64,000 nt of DNA. It comes from an uncultured Chloroflexia bacterium (GTDB taxonomy: Bacteria; Chloroflexota; Anaerolineae; Anaerolineales; UBA4823). The stretch covers positions 385,314 through 449,313 of the forward strand of contig CAWIYB010000003.1 of the NCBI GenBank assembly GCA_963840255.1. Direction: 5' to 3'. The notes below the pieces were generated by a model. It worked only from the letters and a program-made list of their open reading frames with translations. It was not told the DNA's origin and searched no databases. Below, piece after piece: positions 50,141 to 60,812 of the stretch. Numbering within the stretch: the stretch's first letter is position 1; each line of letters starts with the position of its first letter. The translations under genes and the position numbers were made by a program.

Positions 50141-50492
50141 GTTCGCCTCCTAGCTAAGGGATAGCATTAGTATATTTCTACTTCGGCGAAAATTCACCTG
50201 TCGACGGAGGAGTATAGTCCTAGCCACGTGGCTAGGTTTTATGTTTGTTTTATCAGGTAAATGTTCTGATATGTGGCTGCAATTATGAATATTCAGGTTA
50301 TAGATTTATTGTTAATATGCGTTAGCCTGATCATAAATATCTTTATATCCTACCCAATGATAAGGCAAATCTCAAAGGGCCGAAAATATACCCATTAATA
50401 ATGCTTTCCCAAAAAAGGAGGTAAAATTCTAGGGTTATGCCCGGTAATACCAGACTGGTCAAAACTGTCATATCGAAACCCCACCCAATAAT

Positions 50493-52822
50493 ATGAATTC
50501 CTTCAACCATTCAGAGGCTAGTTTTCGCGCTATCTTTGAGTCAGCTGTGATTGGCATCGGCATCGTGAACCTTAAAAACGAAATAACCGATGTCAATCCC
50601 GCCCTATGTCGCCTGCTTGGGTATTCGCGTGAGGAGCTGATCGGCAAGTCACCCATTTCCATGATCAAGCAGCAAGATGATCTTGAACCGATGCCCAAAA
50701 TCGCTGATTTCTTATCTGGCACGCCTGACCACATTTCAGCGGAGATGATCTTTATCCGGAAATCGGGCGAAACATTTTGGGGTCGTTTGTCCATTTCTTC
50801 CGTACTCGATGACAAGGGCAGGCCTCTTTACCTGATCGGGATGCTGGAAGATATTGATGTACAAAAACGCGTCCAGGCTGAACTAGCTGCCTCAGAACAG
50901 CATTTCCGTGCAGTATTCGAGAATTCTGCCATTGGGATCAGTCTGATCGGCCTGGACCGGAAGCCCCTTGCCATCAATAAATCTCTGCTCAACATGACGG
51001 GTTATGAACGTGATGAGCTGATGCAGCTGACCGGCCGGGAGCTTGGCTATCCGGAAGATGCCGAGATCGGCTCCCAGGAATTTTGGGATGTAGTGAACGG
51101 GAAGAGAGAATTCATACCAGATCGAAAAGCGCTACGTCCGTAAAAATAAGAGTATTTATTGGGCTCGCTTAACTGTATCAGGCGTGCATGGTGCAGATGG
51201 TAAGCTTCAATACCTGGTCTCCATGACTGAAGATATCACCAGTCAGAAATTCGCCCAGGAAGATCTGCAAGAGTCTGAAGGACGGTTCAGGGCAATATTT
51301 GAAAATGCTGGCATCGGGATCGCTCTCGTGGGCATGGACCGCCGCCCTTTAGCCATCAATGATGCCTTTGTGCACATGTCTGGCTACAACCGCCAGGAGC
51401 TGCTGGGTTTAAATGGCATCGATTTAAGTGTCCCCAGCGACCTGGGTTTGGGACTCCCCGAGCTGGATGACCTGATCAGCGGGAAAAGGAACTCGTTTCA
51501 GGTTGAGCGGCGCTACATCCACAAGAGTGGTAGACCATTCTGGGTAAGGCAGACAATTTCAGCAGTGCGTAAAACGGATGGTCAGGTGGTTTACCTGGTC
51601 ACCATGGTGGAAGATATCAACCAGCAGAAACAAGACCAGGAGACACTGCGAGAATCAGAGGGCGCGCTTTAAAGCCATGTTCGATAATACATCGGTAGGT
51701 ATCGCCATGACGGACCTGGACCGCAACATTATTCAGATTAACGAAGCCGCGGCGCGCATTACCGGTTACACCCATGATGAGCTGCTCAAAATTAATCCGG
51801 TTGATTTAGCCATCCCATCTGACCGTTTGATCGGTCAGGCTGCACTGCTAGACATGATCGACGGTAGGACCAACAACATGACGGTCGAACGCCGTTACAT
51901 GCGTAAAGATGGTGATATCTTCTGGGGTCGTGTGACCTACTCGCTCGTTCGCAACCTCCTTGGGAACCCCCAATACCTGATTGGATTAATCGAGGACATC
52001 AACCAGGAAAAACTGGCTGCCGAAAAACTGGCCATCCAGGAAGCGGAATACCGCCGAGCACTCGAGCAGCGCGTGGAAGAGCGGACGCGGGAGCTCAGTG
52101 AATCCAACCTGCGCCTGGTAAATGAGATCGAGCAACGGCAGCTGGCTGAAGATGCACTAGCCTCCAAAGCCGTCGAAGATGCGATTGTGGCAGAACGCAC
52201 GCGCCTGGCGCGTGACCTGCACGATGCGGTGACCCAAACATTGTTCTCCGCCAGTTTGATCGCGGAAGTGCTGCCTGAATTATGGGAGCTGGACCCCGAA
52301 GAAGCGCGTAAGAGTAATGAGGAGCTGCGCCAGCTGACCCGTGGTGCCCTGGCGGAAATGCGCACCTTGCTGCTCGAGCTGCGCCCGATGGCTCTCACCC
52401 AGGCGCATTTCCCCGACCTGCTCAAGCAGCTGAGTGAAGCGGTTATTGGGCGTGCCCGACTACCGGTGAGCTTGTCTGTGAAAGGCGACTATGAGCTCCC
52501 GCCGGATATCAAGGTGGCATTCTACCGTATTGCCCAGGAAAGCCTAAACAACATCGTCAAGTATGCGCGCGCCAGGCAGGTGGAGATCTATATCATCCTT
52601 GACTGCTGCGCCGTGCATCTCGAGATTAAAGATGATGGGATTGGCTTTGATCGGGCAAACATTAAGCCCACCAGTCTGGGTATGCGTATCATGGGCGAGC
52701 GGGCGGAAGCCATCGGAGCTAAATTAACCGTTTCCAGCACTCTCGGGGGAGGAACGACTGTGACAGTGGATTGGAACGAAGATGATCTGATCCCGATCTC
52801 TACCATCCCAACATTGAGGTGA
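50493..52822 (+). pseudogene. Four-PAS NarL-type (HisKA_3) sensor histidine kinase, broken by two +1 frameshifts (near 51110 and near 51665)
   Basis: Recurrent 'FRAIFE(N)..IGI' PAS starts. Homology continues '..GKRE|YQIEKRYVRKNKSIYWARL' and '..RESEG|RFKAMFDNTSVGIAM'. H-box 'DLHDAVTQTLF', N-box 'ESLNNIVKYA', 'IKDDGIGFD'. Confidence 0.8.
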
Positions 52823-52825
52823 ATC

Positions 52826-53455
52826 ATGTCTCCTATACGCGTACTTCTTGTGGATGATCATGCCGTTGTCCGTAGTGGTTTAAGTAAGTTTTTGATGGTG
52901 AATAAAGACATGCAGCTGGTTGCAGAAGCATCGGATGGTGCGGAAGCGATCGAGATGGCTGGATCGTATACACCAGACGTCATATTAATGGACCTGATGA
53001 TGCCCGGCATGGACGGGATCACCGCCACTCGCGCCATCAGGGGCAAGTATCCAAATATAAAAATCATCGCCCTCACCAGTTTTTCGGAGCAAAACATGGT
53101 TCAAGGCGCCCTGCAGGCTGGTGCGATCGGGTATCTGCAGAAGAATGTAACAGCAGTCGAATTGGCGAATGCAATCCGCTCGGCTTACGTTGGGCGCATG
53201 ACGCTCTCATCCGAAGCAGCTGAGGCTCTGGCTAATTCAATCTCACAATCACATTTGCCCGGCAACGAGCTGACCGAGCGGGAAAGAGACGTGCTTCGTT
53301 GCATGGTCGACGGTATGAATAATAGCGAGATCGCCGCAAGGCTGGTAATCAGCCTCGGTACGGTTAAGTTCCATATTTCGAATATCTTTCAAAAACTTGG
53401 GGTGGATAGTCGGGTGGAAGCAGTTAAATTAGCTATCGAGCAAAAAATCTTGTGA
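52826..53455 (+). CDS. NarL/LuxR-family response regulator
   Basis: REC ('VLLVDDH', 'ILMDLMMPGMDG') plus LuxR HTH ('LTERERDVLRCMVDGMNNSEIA'). Confidence 0.9.
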   Translation: MSPIRVLLVDDHAVVRSGLSKFLMVNKDMQLVAEASDGAEAIEMAGSYTPDVILMDLMMPGMDGITATRAIRGKYPNIKIIALTSFSEQNMVQGALQAGAIGYLQKNVTAVELANAIRSAYVGRMTLSSEAAEALANSISQSHLPGNELTERERDVLRCMVDGMNNSEIAARLVISLGTVKFHISNIFQKLGVDSRVEAVKLAIEQKIL

Positions 53456-53688
53456 GGATTATTGGCATCTCTAAATCCCGGTGTTTAAACACTTGGAAAT
53501 TACTCACTGCTCCGCGTTTTCACATCACCGGTGAATATTTGAGTGGATCATTATCGGGATGGGTGAGTAATTACAAACCCTGAATTGAGCATCCGGGCTG
53601 CTTAACCTATCCAAACGGCTAGGATAAAACTCTACTTATGATGGATACGTTCAGGGGGTGATTGGAGCATACTATAGGGGAGGAAAAT

Positions 53689-54051
53689 ATGACCCGTATC
53701 CTTATCGCAGATCCCAATTCAGCCAGCCGGCAGGCGCTAAGCCTGCTGCTGAATAAAAAGTTGGGTATTCAAGATATTCATGAAGCTGGTGATACTGAGA
53801 CTCTTATCAAGACATTGGAGGATCAATCGCTTGATATTCTCCTGCTCGATTGGAGGTTGTATGGTGCGCCGGCTCTTGAAACCTGCCGCTTGCTCTTAAA
53901 GGCTTATCCCGGACTGAAGATCGTCATGCTCAGCTTGGATGCTGATGATAACCAGGCTGCCCTGAGCGTTGGAGCAGGGTTTGTCCATAAAGGTTCGGCT
54001 CCTGGTGAAGTGCTTGCTGTCCTTGAGCCGTTAATAAATACAGGAGAATAG
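53689..54051 (+). CDS. Stand-alone receiver (REC) domain protein
   Basis: 'RILIADPN', 'DILLLDWRL', 'KIVMLSL'. GGGGAGG RBS lies upstream of ATG 53689. Confidence 0.75.
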   Translation: MTRILIADPNSASRQALSLLLNKKLGIQDIHEAGDTETLIKTLEDQSLDILLLDWRLYGAPALETCRLLLKAYPGLKIVMLSLDADDNQAALSVGAGFVHKGSAPGEVLAVLEPLINTGE

Positions 54052-54112
54052 ACTTTTATATTTATAAAAATATCAGCTGTTGACCGATTAAATTAGAGGG
54101 ACCGCTTAAAAA

Positions 54113-54198
54113 GTAGGGGCACACCTGTCCGGTTTGGTTTAAAACCGGAGGGGTGGGATAAGACCGTTATGCACGAGAATTCTCCCCTGTGCCCCTAC
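54113..54198 (-). other. 86-nt three-way-junction RNA-like structure between convergent genes; may act as a terminator on the minus strand
   Basis: Perfect 11-bp closing stem GTAGGGGCACA/TGTGCCCCTAC. Inner hairpin CCGGTTT-6 nt-AAACCGG (54129-54148). GGGG/CCCC helix (54150-53/54184-87). A5 at 54108-12 gives U5 on the minus strand. Confidence 0.4.
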
Positions 54199-54285
54199 CG
54201 TAATAGGTAAGCAAAATTATTGTAAGACTTTTAAGACGGACCTATAGATTTTCCTTCTATACCCCGGTTCAAACCGGCATTCTCG

Positions 54286-55362
54286 TTAAACCACCAGGAT
54301 CAATGGTCGTGCCACCCCATTAATGGCTGTTTCCGGCCAGCCAGGTATCGCTGTCAAGATTTCGTTTCGATTTTCACCCACAAGCATCGTGTCTTCAGAC
54401 TTATAACCTGTTATCGATGGATTCCAGGCGTACACCTGCCCCAATGCCACGCGATCCGTAGAACCGGGTACAGCCAGGTACTCACGCGGCTCATAGCCAC
54501 AGACCCCGCCCTGGTGATGCTTGCGCCATTCGTCCGGAAAGCCCACTGCGGAATAAGATTGTATGACCAGGTCAAAGATATCCGCCAGGTTCCTGCCAGG
54601 GCGAGTGGAATTAATGAACACGGCATCGACCCTGGCACAAGCTTCCTGCTTGCGCATCAGCTCATTACTCAGGGGTCCAAAATGCACCAGTCGTGTGATT
54701 GAGCAAATCAGGCCATTTTTCCTGCCGCAAAGGATCAGCATGGCATACTTCTCCAGCTTTTTTGCCGTGGGGAGTGGATGGCGGAAGGAATAGATGCGCT
54801 CATCCGTGGCGATCAGGTTGACAGTTGCCTGTACTCCTAGCGCTTCCACTTCAGCTGCCAGGTTGGCCGCAATTTGGAATTCGGTTTGACCGGGTTTCAC
54901 CGTCCGGATGGCTGCCTGCATTGCATCGGAACAAAACTTACCCAATTCCCGGAAGCGCAATCCTTCTTCTGGCGTCAGGCGGGCGCGCAGGCGTGCGAGG
55001 TCTGCTGATACGTCTAATGCTCCTATGACCGGTCCATCTGAGGCGAGCACCAACCCCTGGCAGAACGCATTCAAATCTACCTGGCCGGCATGCCAGGGAG
55101 TAATTTGAAACTCCCATCCCTGGGTCTTGAGCTGTTCTTCCTGCTCGAGGCGAGGTGCTTCGATGTTGCTGGTGAATAGATATTGGTGCTCCTGAGTTAT
55201 TAATAATGATGCTAGCCCATTCGTTGTAGCGATATTGATATAGGATGCAGCCCCGCAGGTTGCCCAGGCAAAACTACCTGCGCTTTGCAGGTAAAGACCA
55301 CCTATATTCCGGCTGCCCATCCAGTTCCGGATGATTTCGAGTTTTCTTTGTTGTTCGCTCAC
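54286..55362 (-). CDS. M24-family metallopeptidase/creatinase-like hydrolase
   Basis: 358 aa; 'KHHQGGVCGYEPRE', 'YKSEDTMLV' pita-bread C-terminal domain. Confidence 0.7.
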   Translation of the reverse strand: MSEQQRKLEIIRNWMGSRNIGGLYLQSAGSFAWATCGAASYINIATTNGLASLLITQEHQYLFTSNIEAPRLEQEEQLKTQGWEFQITPWHAGQVDLNAFCQGLVLASDGPVIGALDVSADLARLRARLTPEEGLRFRELGKFCSDAMQAAIRTVKPGQTEFQIAANLAAEVEALGVQATVNLIATDERIYSFRHPLPTAKKLEKYAMLILCGRKNGLICSITRLVHFGPLSNELMRKQEACARVDAVFINSTRPGRNLADIFDLVIQSYSAVGFPDEWRKHHQGGVCGYEPREYLAVPGSTDRVALGQVYAWNPSITGYKSEDTMLVGENRNEILTAIPGWPETAINGVARPLILVV

Positions 55363-55476
55363 ATCATCTCCTCTAAACCCTGGGAGTGTATTTATTTACC
55401 GGGTATGACCTTTCGTCATGCGGGTATAAACAGACTGCACCCGAAAATTCTTGGTCAAGGGTAGATCAAATTTTTA

Positions 55477-56439
55477 TTACGCCCAGAACATTTCTCCTGG
55501 GCTTTCTACCGTGACGACCTCGTGCAAAGCCGCCAGCCCCTTTTTAACACCCTCGTCAAAAGACATCATCCCGTCTTCATGCTCGAGTGAAATCGCATGA
55601 TCATAACCGGTCATGCGCAAGGCGGAGACGATATCCTTCCATACATTTAAATCGTGCCCGTAACCAATGGTGCGGAAGGTCCATGAGCGGTGCGGGATGT
55701 CGGTATAATTCTTATGGTCATTACAGCCATTCACTGCTACATTAAATGGGTCAACATAGCAGTCTTTAGCGTGCACGTGTACAATGGCTTCCCCCAGTTT
55801 GCGGATTGCCGCTACCGGGTCAACCCCATTCCAAAACAGGTGGCTGGGATCAAAATTGCAGCCCATCGCTGCACCGCACGCTTCACGCATCCGCAGCATC
55901 GTCTCAACATTGTAAATAATCATGCCAGGGTGCATCTCAACACCGATCTTGACATTTTGGTCTTCGGCGAACTTTGCTGCCGGCTGCCAATACGGGATTG
56001 CCACCTGGTTCCACTGGTAATCCAGGATCTCCTGGAAGTGTGGAGGCCAGGCGCAGGTGACCCAATTGGGCATCCGGTCAGTCGGTGATCCTGCAGGCAA
56101 ACCTGCCATCACATTAACCGCCGGCACCCCACACAGCTCTGCCAGACGGACTGTTTTTCGGAATAATTCATCCGAGGCCGCGGCGATATCCTTATTGGGG
56201 TCGAGAGGATTCCAATGGCAGCTGAAAGCACTGATGATCATGCCGCGCTCCTCGACGGCTTTTTGATAAGCACGCAACTTTTCTGCACTCGCCAGCAGCT
56301 CATCGATCGAGCAGTGGTGGGCGCCTGGCAGTCCGCCGGTGCCGATTTCTACTGCGGTGGCCCCATAAGATAAAATCTTATCCAGGGCTTGCTCAAAAGG
56401 AAGCTGTTGAAAGATCACTGAAAAAACACCGATGCGCAT
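55477..56439 (-). CDS. Xylose-isomerase-like TIM-barrel protein (sugar phosphate isomerase/epimerase family)
   Basis: 320 aa; 'IGVEMHPG', 'NFDPSHL', 'HVHAKD', 'ISLEHED' metal-ligand pattern. Confidence 0.8.
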   Translation of the reverse strand: MRIGVFSVIFQQLPFEQALDKILSYGATAVEIGTGGLPGAHHCSIDELLASAEKLRAYQKAVEERGMIISAFSCHWNPLDPNKDIAAASDELFRKTVRLAELCGVPAVNVMAGLPAGSPTDRMPNWVTCAWPPHFQEILDYQWNQVAIPYWQPAAKFAEDQNVKIGVEMHPGMIIYNVETMLRMREACGAAMGCNFDPSHLFWNGVDPVAAIRKLGEAIVHVHAKDCYVDPFNVAVNGCNDHKNYTDIPHRSWTFRTIGYGHDLNVWKDIVSALRMTGYDHAISLEHEDGMMSFDEGVKKGLAALHEVVTVESPGEMFWA

Positions 56440-56475
56440 GTGTGCTCCTCCTGGTTAATGGAACAATAATTGGTG

Positions 56476-57303
56476 CTAGATCAGCTTGCTTAGATGTTCG
56501 TAACTTCGTTTTGCATCTGTAACGGTGCCGCACTCAACGCTGAAGACGATATCGTTGGGACATTTTTTCGCGATCTCGATCATTCGCTTCCAATCTACCA
56601 CCCCATCACCGCAGGCGCACCCGGTTGGGGTGCCGGTGACTTTCCCCAGTTTCTCGTCACTCTGTGCCATGCTGATATCTTTTGCATGCAGGTGGACGAG
56701 ATGGTCCACCACGTGTGTTAGCCACTGGTAGGTATCGGTAGTCCCCGCCAGGTAGCTATTGCCGGTATCGTAGTTAATTCCGATGGCCGGTGATTTCACC
56801 AGGGCGTAAATGCTATCCAGCCCTTCCATGGATTTTGAATATTGCTGGTGAGGTTCGAGACCGATTTTAATCCCATGTCGCTCTGCCACGCGTGCAGCTT
56901 CCGTCAACGTGTAGGTCATTAAGGTGTAATCCATCTCTTTTGTAGTCCACTCGGGCTTCGGACCTTCATCTGTGTTCACCACACCTGCACCTGCATCGGC
57001 TGCCCAGCGGATTGCCTGCTTGAGATATTCAACGCTGATCTCAGGTTTGCATAGGGGTGTATGCGCCGAGAGACCGGATAGTTTAATATGATGCTTGTCA
57101 CATAATTGGCGCACCCACAACGGGTCATCGTACATCGAAACGCTGTGAAAATAACCGGCCTCACTTAATAGCTCCCGCCCCCAATGCACCATCGGCTCAA
57201 TATATTCATACCCAATTTCCGCTGCTTTCTCAACCCCCCAGGCGAAGGGTTTATCATGCGAGCGGATAAACTCCATGTTCACACCCAGATATATCTTTCC
57301 CAT
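56476..57303 (-). CDS. Xylose-isomerase-like TIM-barrel protein
   Basis: 275 aa; 'IGLEPH', 'NYDTGNS', 'HLHAKD', 'SVECG'. Confidence 0.8.
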   Translation of the reverse strand: MGKIYLGVNMEFIRSHDKPFAWGVEKAAEIGYEYIEPMVHWGRELLSEAGYFHSVSMYDDPLWVRQLCDKHHIKLSGLSAHTPLCKPEISVEYLKQAIRWAADAGAGVVNTDEGPKPEWTTKEMDYTLMTYTLTEAARVAERHGIKIGLEPHQQYSKSMEGLDSIYALVKSPAIGINYDTGNSYLAGTTDTYQWLTHVVDHLVHLHAKDISMAQSDEKLGKVTGTPTGCACGDGVVDWKRMIEIAKKCPNDIVFSVECGTVTDAKRSYEHLSKLI

Positions 57304-57342
57304 TGCTCCTCCTGCTTTTCTTGAGTGAGTATTGTGAAGGGA

Positions 57343-58221
57343 TCAGGCTGCCAACCGCTTGTTGGCATCGTTTACCAGCTGGCGTACAAACACCAGGCTT
57401 TTCTCAATCATCGGTCCGCCCTGGCCTTCACATTCCAGGCTAACGACCCCGTTATACTTGATGTCGACCAGGACATCGAAACATTTTTTGATGTTCTCTT
57501 TATTGACGCCTTCACCAATCGCACATTGGCTGACTGCAATCCCGGTCAATTCTCCCCGCAGCGCTGCTGCCAGTGTATCACTGACGTCCTTAATGTGGAC
57601 GTGGCTCACCTTATTCTGGAACTTTTTCAGGAAGGCGACCGGGTCCTGCCCGGCAATATAGGTATTGCCCGTATCCATATTCATGCGCAAGTACGGGCTA
57701 TCGACAAAAGCGAGCATTTTTTCCATAAATTCCGGTTTGGTGGTGTAATAACCATGCGGCTCGATGTCGATGATCATTTTATAGCGTTCCGCGATCTCCA
57801 TGATCTGCCCATAAGAGCGCTTCATATTCTCAAGGGCTTCCTGATTAGTAAGTCCCTTCGGTGCAAAGCGGTCATCCGTGGTATCGATGTGGTCGCATCC
57901 CGCTAAATATGCCCAGCGGATTGTCCGGAGCACATATTCCACGCCCAAGCTGGTCCCATTCGGTAAAGATAGTGGATACGCTGCATCAATCTGAGAGAAT
58001 TTCACCCCATAACTGGCAGCTTTATCGCGCCACATCATTGGGTCTTCCCACATGGCTACATGTGGCTGATATCCCAGCCCATGGATCCAGCTTACTCCAT
58101 CGATCATGCCGCACTCGATCCAGTGGACGTCGTTTTTCTGCGCCCACTGCAGGGCTTGCTCGAAACTCCAATAACTGCTGTTGAAGGCATCTGTGTGAAA
58201 TCCGATTTCGATCATGTCCAT
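57343..58221 (-). CDS. Xylose-isomerase-like TIM-barrel protein
   Basis: 292 aa; 'IDIEPHG', 'NMDTGNT', 'HVHIKD', 'SLECEG'. Confidence 0.8.
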   Translation of the reverse strand: MDMIEIGFHTDAFNSSYWSFEQALQWAQKNDVHWIECGMIDGVSWIHGLGYQPHVAMWEDPMMWRDKAASYGVKFSQIDAAYPLSLPNGTSLGVEYVLRTIRWAYLAGCDHIDTTDDRFAPKGLTNQEALENMKRSYGQIMEIAERYKMIIDIEPHGYYTTKPEFMEKMLAFVDSPYLRMNMDTGNTYIAGQDPVAFLKKFQNKVSHVHIKDVSDTLAAALRGELTGIAVSQCAIGEGVNKENIKKCFDVLVDIKYNGVVSLECEGQGGPMIEKSLVFVRQLVNDANKRLAA

Positions 58222-58256
58222 TCCGCTCCTACCGAGAAAGTCTATATATTTTAGAT

Positions 58257-58283
58257 GAGCCTGCTCAAATTTCGAGCAGGCTC
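58257..58283 (-). promoter_or_regulatory. Perfect 10-bp intercistronic hairpin after the sugar-binding-protein gene
   Basis: GAGCCTGCTC-aaatttc-GAGCAGGCTC, with no U-tract. Confidence 0.5.
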
Positions 58284-58310
58284 AAATCTAAACGCTTACA
58301 AGTAACGATC

Positions 58311-59636
58311 TTACGGCATTACGTCCACGTACTTGTTGATGTCGGGAGTTTGCCATGAACCTGGATAATTGGTCATGTCCTCACAACCACACATTGCGTA
58401 GTGCAGTGGGGGCATGGTTGGATCGATGAATTGATCAAGATTGGCTGTTGTGACTTCCGGCTGGGGCAGATACCAGTTATGCTGGACGGTCTTTCCCTGC
58501 AGGAACATGACAGCAGACAGAACGGCTGTGCGCCACTGGTATGTTGCGAAGGTGGGGGCAATAGCCTTTTCAAGGTTGGCTTTCCAGTACTGCAGGTAAT
58601 CTTCCTGGTCTTCACCTACCATAACTTGCGGATAGGGAGCTCCGGCATCCTTGAAGGCTTCCAGGATGGTGACCGCTGTACCGCCGGCATCCATCCAAAC
58701 TGCGTCGATGTTGCCATACTTGGCCAGGTAGTCACTCACCACGGTGTTGGCTTTGAAGGAATCATAGCCGACGAATTCCACACCGATGATGTTGAGCTGT
58801 GGGTTTTCTTCGAAGATCTTTCGAGCTGCACCCCAACGCTGCTCTAGCACGTCTACGCCAGGCAGGATGCGGAAGGCAAGCACGTTACCGCCCTGGGGCA
58901 GGTTGTCAACGATATATTGTGCGCCGGAGATGCCGAAGGCATAACCACCGATGGACCGCTCAGAAACAACCGGGCAATCAGTTTGAGCATAGCGATCAAA
59001 CTGGACTACCGGCATGACCTCGCAAGCTTTCTCAACGATGGGGGTCAGGGCTTCACTGGTGTTCGAGGCGACGATCAGGATGTCGCATTTCCCGGGGGTG
59101 TTGATGATATCCTGGATGTCAGCGATCTGCTTGGCATCGTCACCCTGGGCGTCTAGGTGATAGAAGTTCTTGACCAGACCCTCAGTGCGAAGCTGCTCAA
59201 CCTGCTCGCGGATATCAATGTAACCCACTACACGCCAGGGATTGTTGACACCGGCGTTCGAGAAGCAGACATTGTAGGGGGGTTGCTTCGCAGCAAAATC
59301 TGCATACTGCGGGTAGTCTGCAATCGTGGTCGGGCTTTCCTCAAGGTACTGCAGGTAGATGGGGTCACTCGGATTCAGTGCTGCTTTCGTCATCAGATCT
59401 TTCTGTTTATTGTATTCGTCTTCACTCCAGAACTGAGGTGCAACAGTAGCTGTATCCATTTGAAGACCGGGATTCGTTGCTGCAGCGGGGGCTTCTGTTG
59501 GAACGGCGGGAACTTCGGTAGCTGCTGCAGGGGCTTCGGTGACAGCAGGCGCTTCTGTGGTAGCTTTCTGGCAGGCAGCCAGCAGCATGCTGAAGGCCAC
59601 CAACAAAGACACAACTAGGTACATACTCTTTTTCAT
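58311..59636 (-). CDS. Sugar ABC substrate-binding lipoprotein (type I PBP)
   Basis: Lipobox 'MLLAAC', repetitive 'TEAPA' linker, 441 aa. Adjacent to RbsC/RbsA-like genes. Confidence 0.8.
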   Translation of the reverse strand: MKKSMYLVVSLLVAFSMLLAACQKATTEAPAVTEAPAAATEVPAVPTEAPAAATNPGLQMDTATVAPQFWSEDEYNKQKDLMTKAALNPSDPIYLQYLEESPTTIADYPQYADFAAKQPPYNVCFSNAGVNNPWRVVGYIDIREQVEQLRTEGLVKNFYHLDAQGDDAKQIADIQDIINTPGKCDILIVASNTSEALTPIVEKACEVMPVVQFDRYAQTDCPVVSERSIGGYAFGISGAQYIVDNLPQGGNVLAFRILPGVDVLEQRWGAARKIFEENPQLNIIGVEFVGYDSFKANTVVSDYLAKYGNIDAVWMDAGGTAVTILEAFKDAGAPYPQVMVGEDQEDYLQYWKANLEKAIAPTFATYQWRTAVLSAVMFLQGKTVQHNWYLPQPEVTTANLDQFIDPTMPPLHYAMCGCEDMTNYPGSWQTPDINKYVDVMP

Positions 59637-59792
59637 TAGGAAATCTCCTCCAAAATTTTTATTTATATTTTTTATGGTACCAACAATCTCCTGCTTTTTT
59701 ATTTGTTATTTTATATGTGCACCTCCTGTATTCCTTCTGTTCTCGCTTATTATTCAGTCAAATAAACGCGTATAGCGAGCTTGTATTATAGA

Positions 59793-60809
59793 TTACTTTT
59801 TCTTCTGAGATGTAAGACCAACATACGCAACTGCACCGATGATGATCAAACCTTGCACGACATCTGTATATGGTTTGGGCAACCCAAGCAGGTTCAGCAG
59901 GTTAACGATCGCTTGCAAGGTGAAGGCTCCAAAAATCACATTGAGCACTGAGCCCTTACCTCCGCCCAGGAGTACACCACCCACCACGCAGGCAGCGATG
60001 GCATTCATTTCGTATCCTTCACCTATCGTTACATTAACTCCACCGTATCCACCGGTCATGATGCCGCCGATGATAGCAAAGACTGCGCATAGGATGAAAG
60101 TGAGCACGCGTACTAATCTAACCTTTACACCCGATAACTGGCTTGCTCGCACATTATCGCCGACCGCCAGGATTTGTTTACCAAAATTCATACGGTTGAA
60201 TAGTATATAAGAAATGACCGCCATCGCGATCAGAATGATCAAGGCATACGGGACGCGACCGAATAGCGGGACGTTTTCAATGTAATTTCGACCAAAAGCA
60301 CGCCAGTTATCTGTCAGGTATCCCTGGGGGGCTCCACCTACATAATACAAGGCCGCACCGCGCACGAGCAGCATCATCCCAAGCGTGGTAATAAACGATG
60401 GGACTTTTAAATAACTGACAATCAGGCCGTTGGTCAGACCGATTAGAACACCAAGACCGAGCATGATCATGATGGCAGGGTATGCATTGGCAGGGTCGTT
60501 TGCCAGTAGTTTCGAGCTAACCAGGACCACAAAAGTCACGATCGCACCAACCGTAAGGTCAAAACCTCCGATCGCCAGTACGAACATCTCGCCAACCGCC
60601 AGCACTGCCAAAGGTGAAGCCGTGCGCAGAAAGGTCATGATCCCGTTCATGGATTGATATTTAACCGGATTGAGAAATCCTAAGGTAAGAAAGATAATCA
60701 AAAAAATGGGATAGACCGGCGGAATTTTCTTGATCCAGCCCCACGTATTTCGTAAGGTGTTCGAGAACCCGCCCGGAGAATTAACCGTTGTTGTCGTCAT
60801 TCGATCCAC
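59793..60809 (-). CDS. Ribose-type (RbsC-like) sugar ABC permease
   Basis: 338 aa polytopic; 'GGFDLTVGAIV..', C-terminal 'GLIIIGAVAY'. Confidence 0.85.
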   Translation of the reverse strand: MDRMTTTTVNSPGGFSNTLRNTWGWIKKIPPVYPIFLIIFLTLGFLNPVKYQSMNGIMTFLRTASPLAVLAVGEMFVLAIGGFDLTVGAIVTFVVLVSSKLLANDPANAYPAIMIMLGLGVLIGLTNGLIVSYLKVPSFITTLGMMLLVRGAALYYVGGAPQGYLTDNWRAFGRNYIENVPLFGRVPYALIILIAMAVISYILFNRMNFGKQILAVGDNVRASQLSGVKVRLVRVLTFILCAVFAIIGGIMTGGYGGVNVTIGEGYEMNAIAACVVGGVLLGGGKGSVLNVIFGAFTLQAIVNLLNLLGLPKPYTDVVQGLIIIGAVAYVGLTSQKKK

Positions 60810-60812
60810 TCC

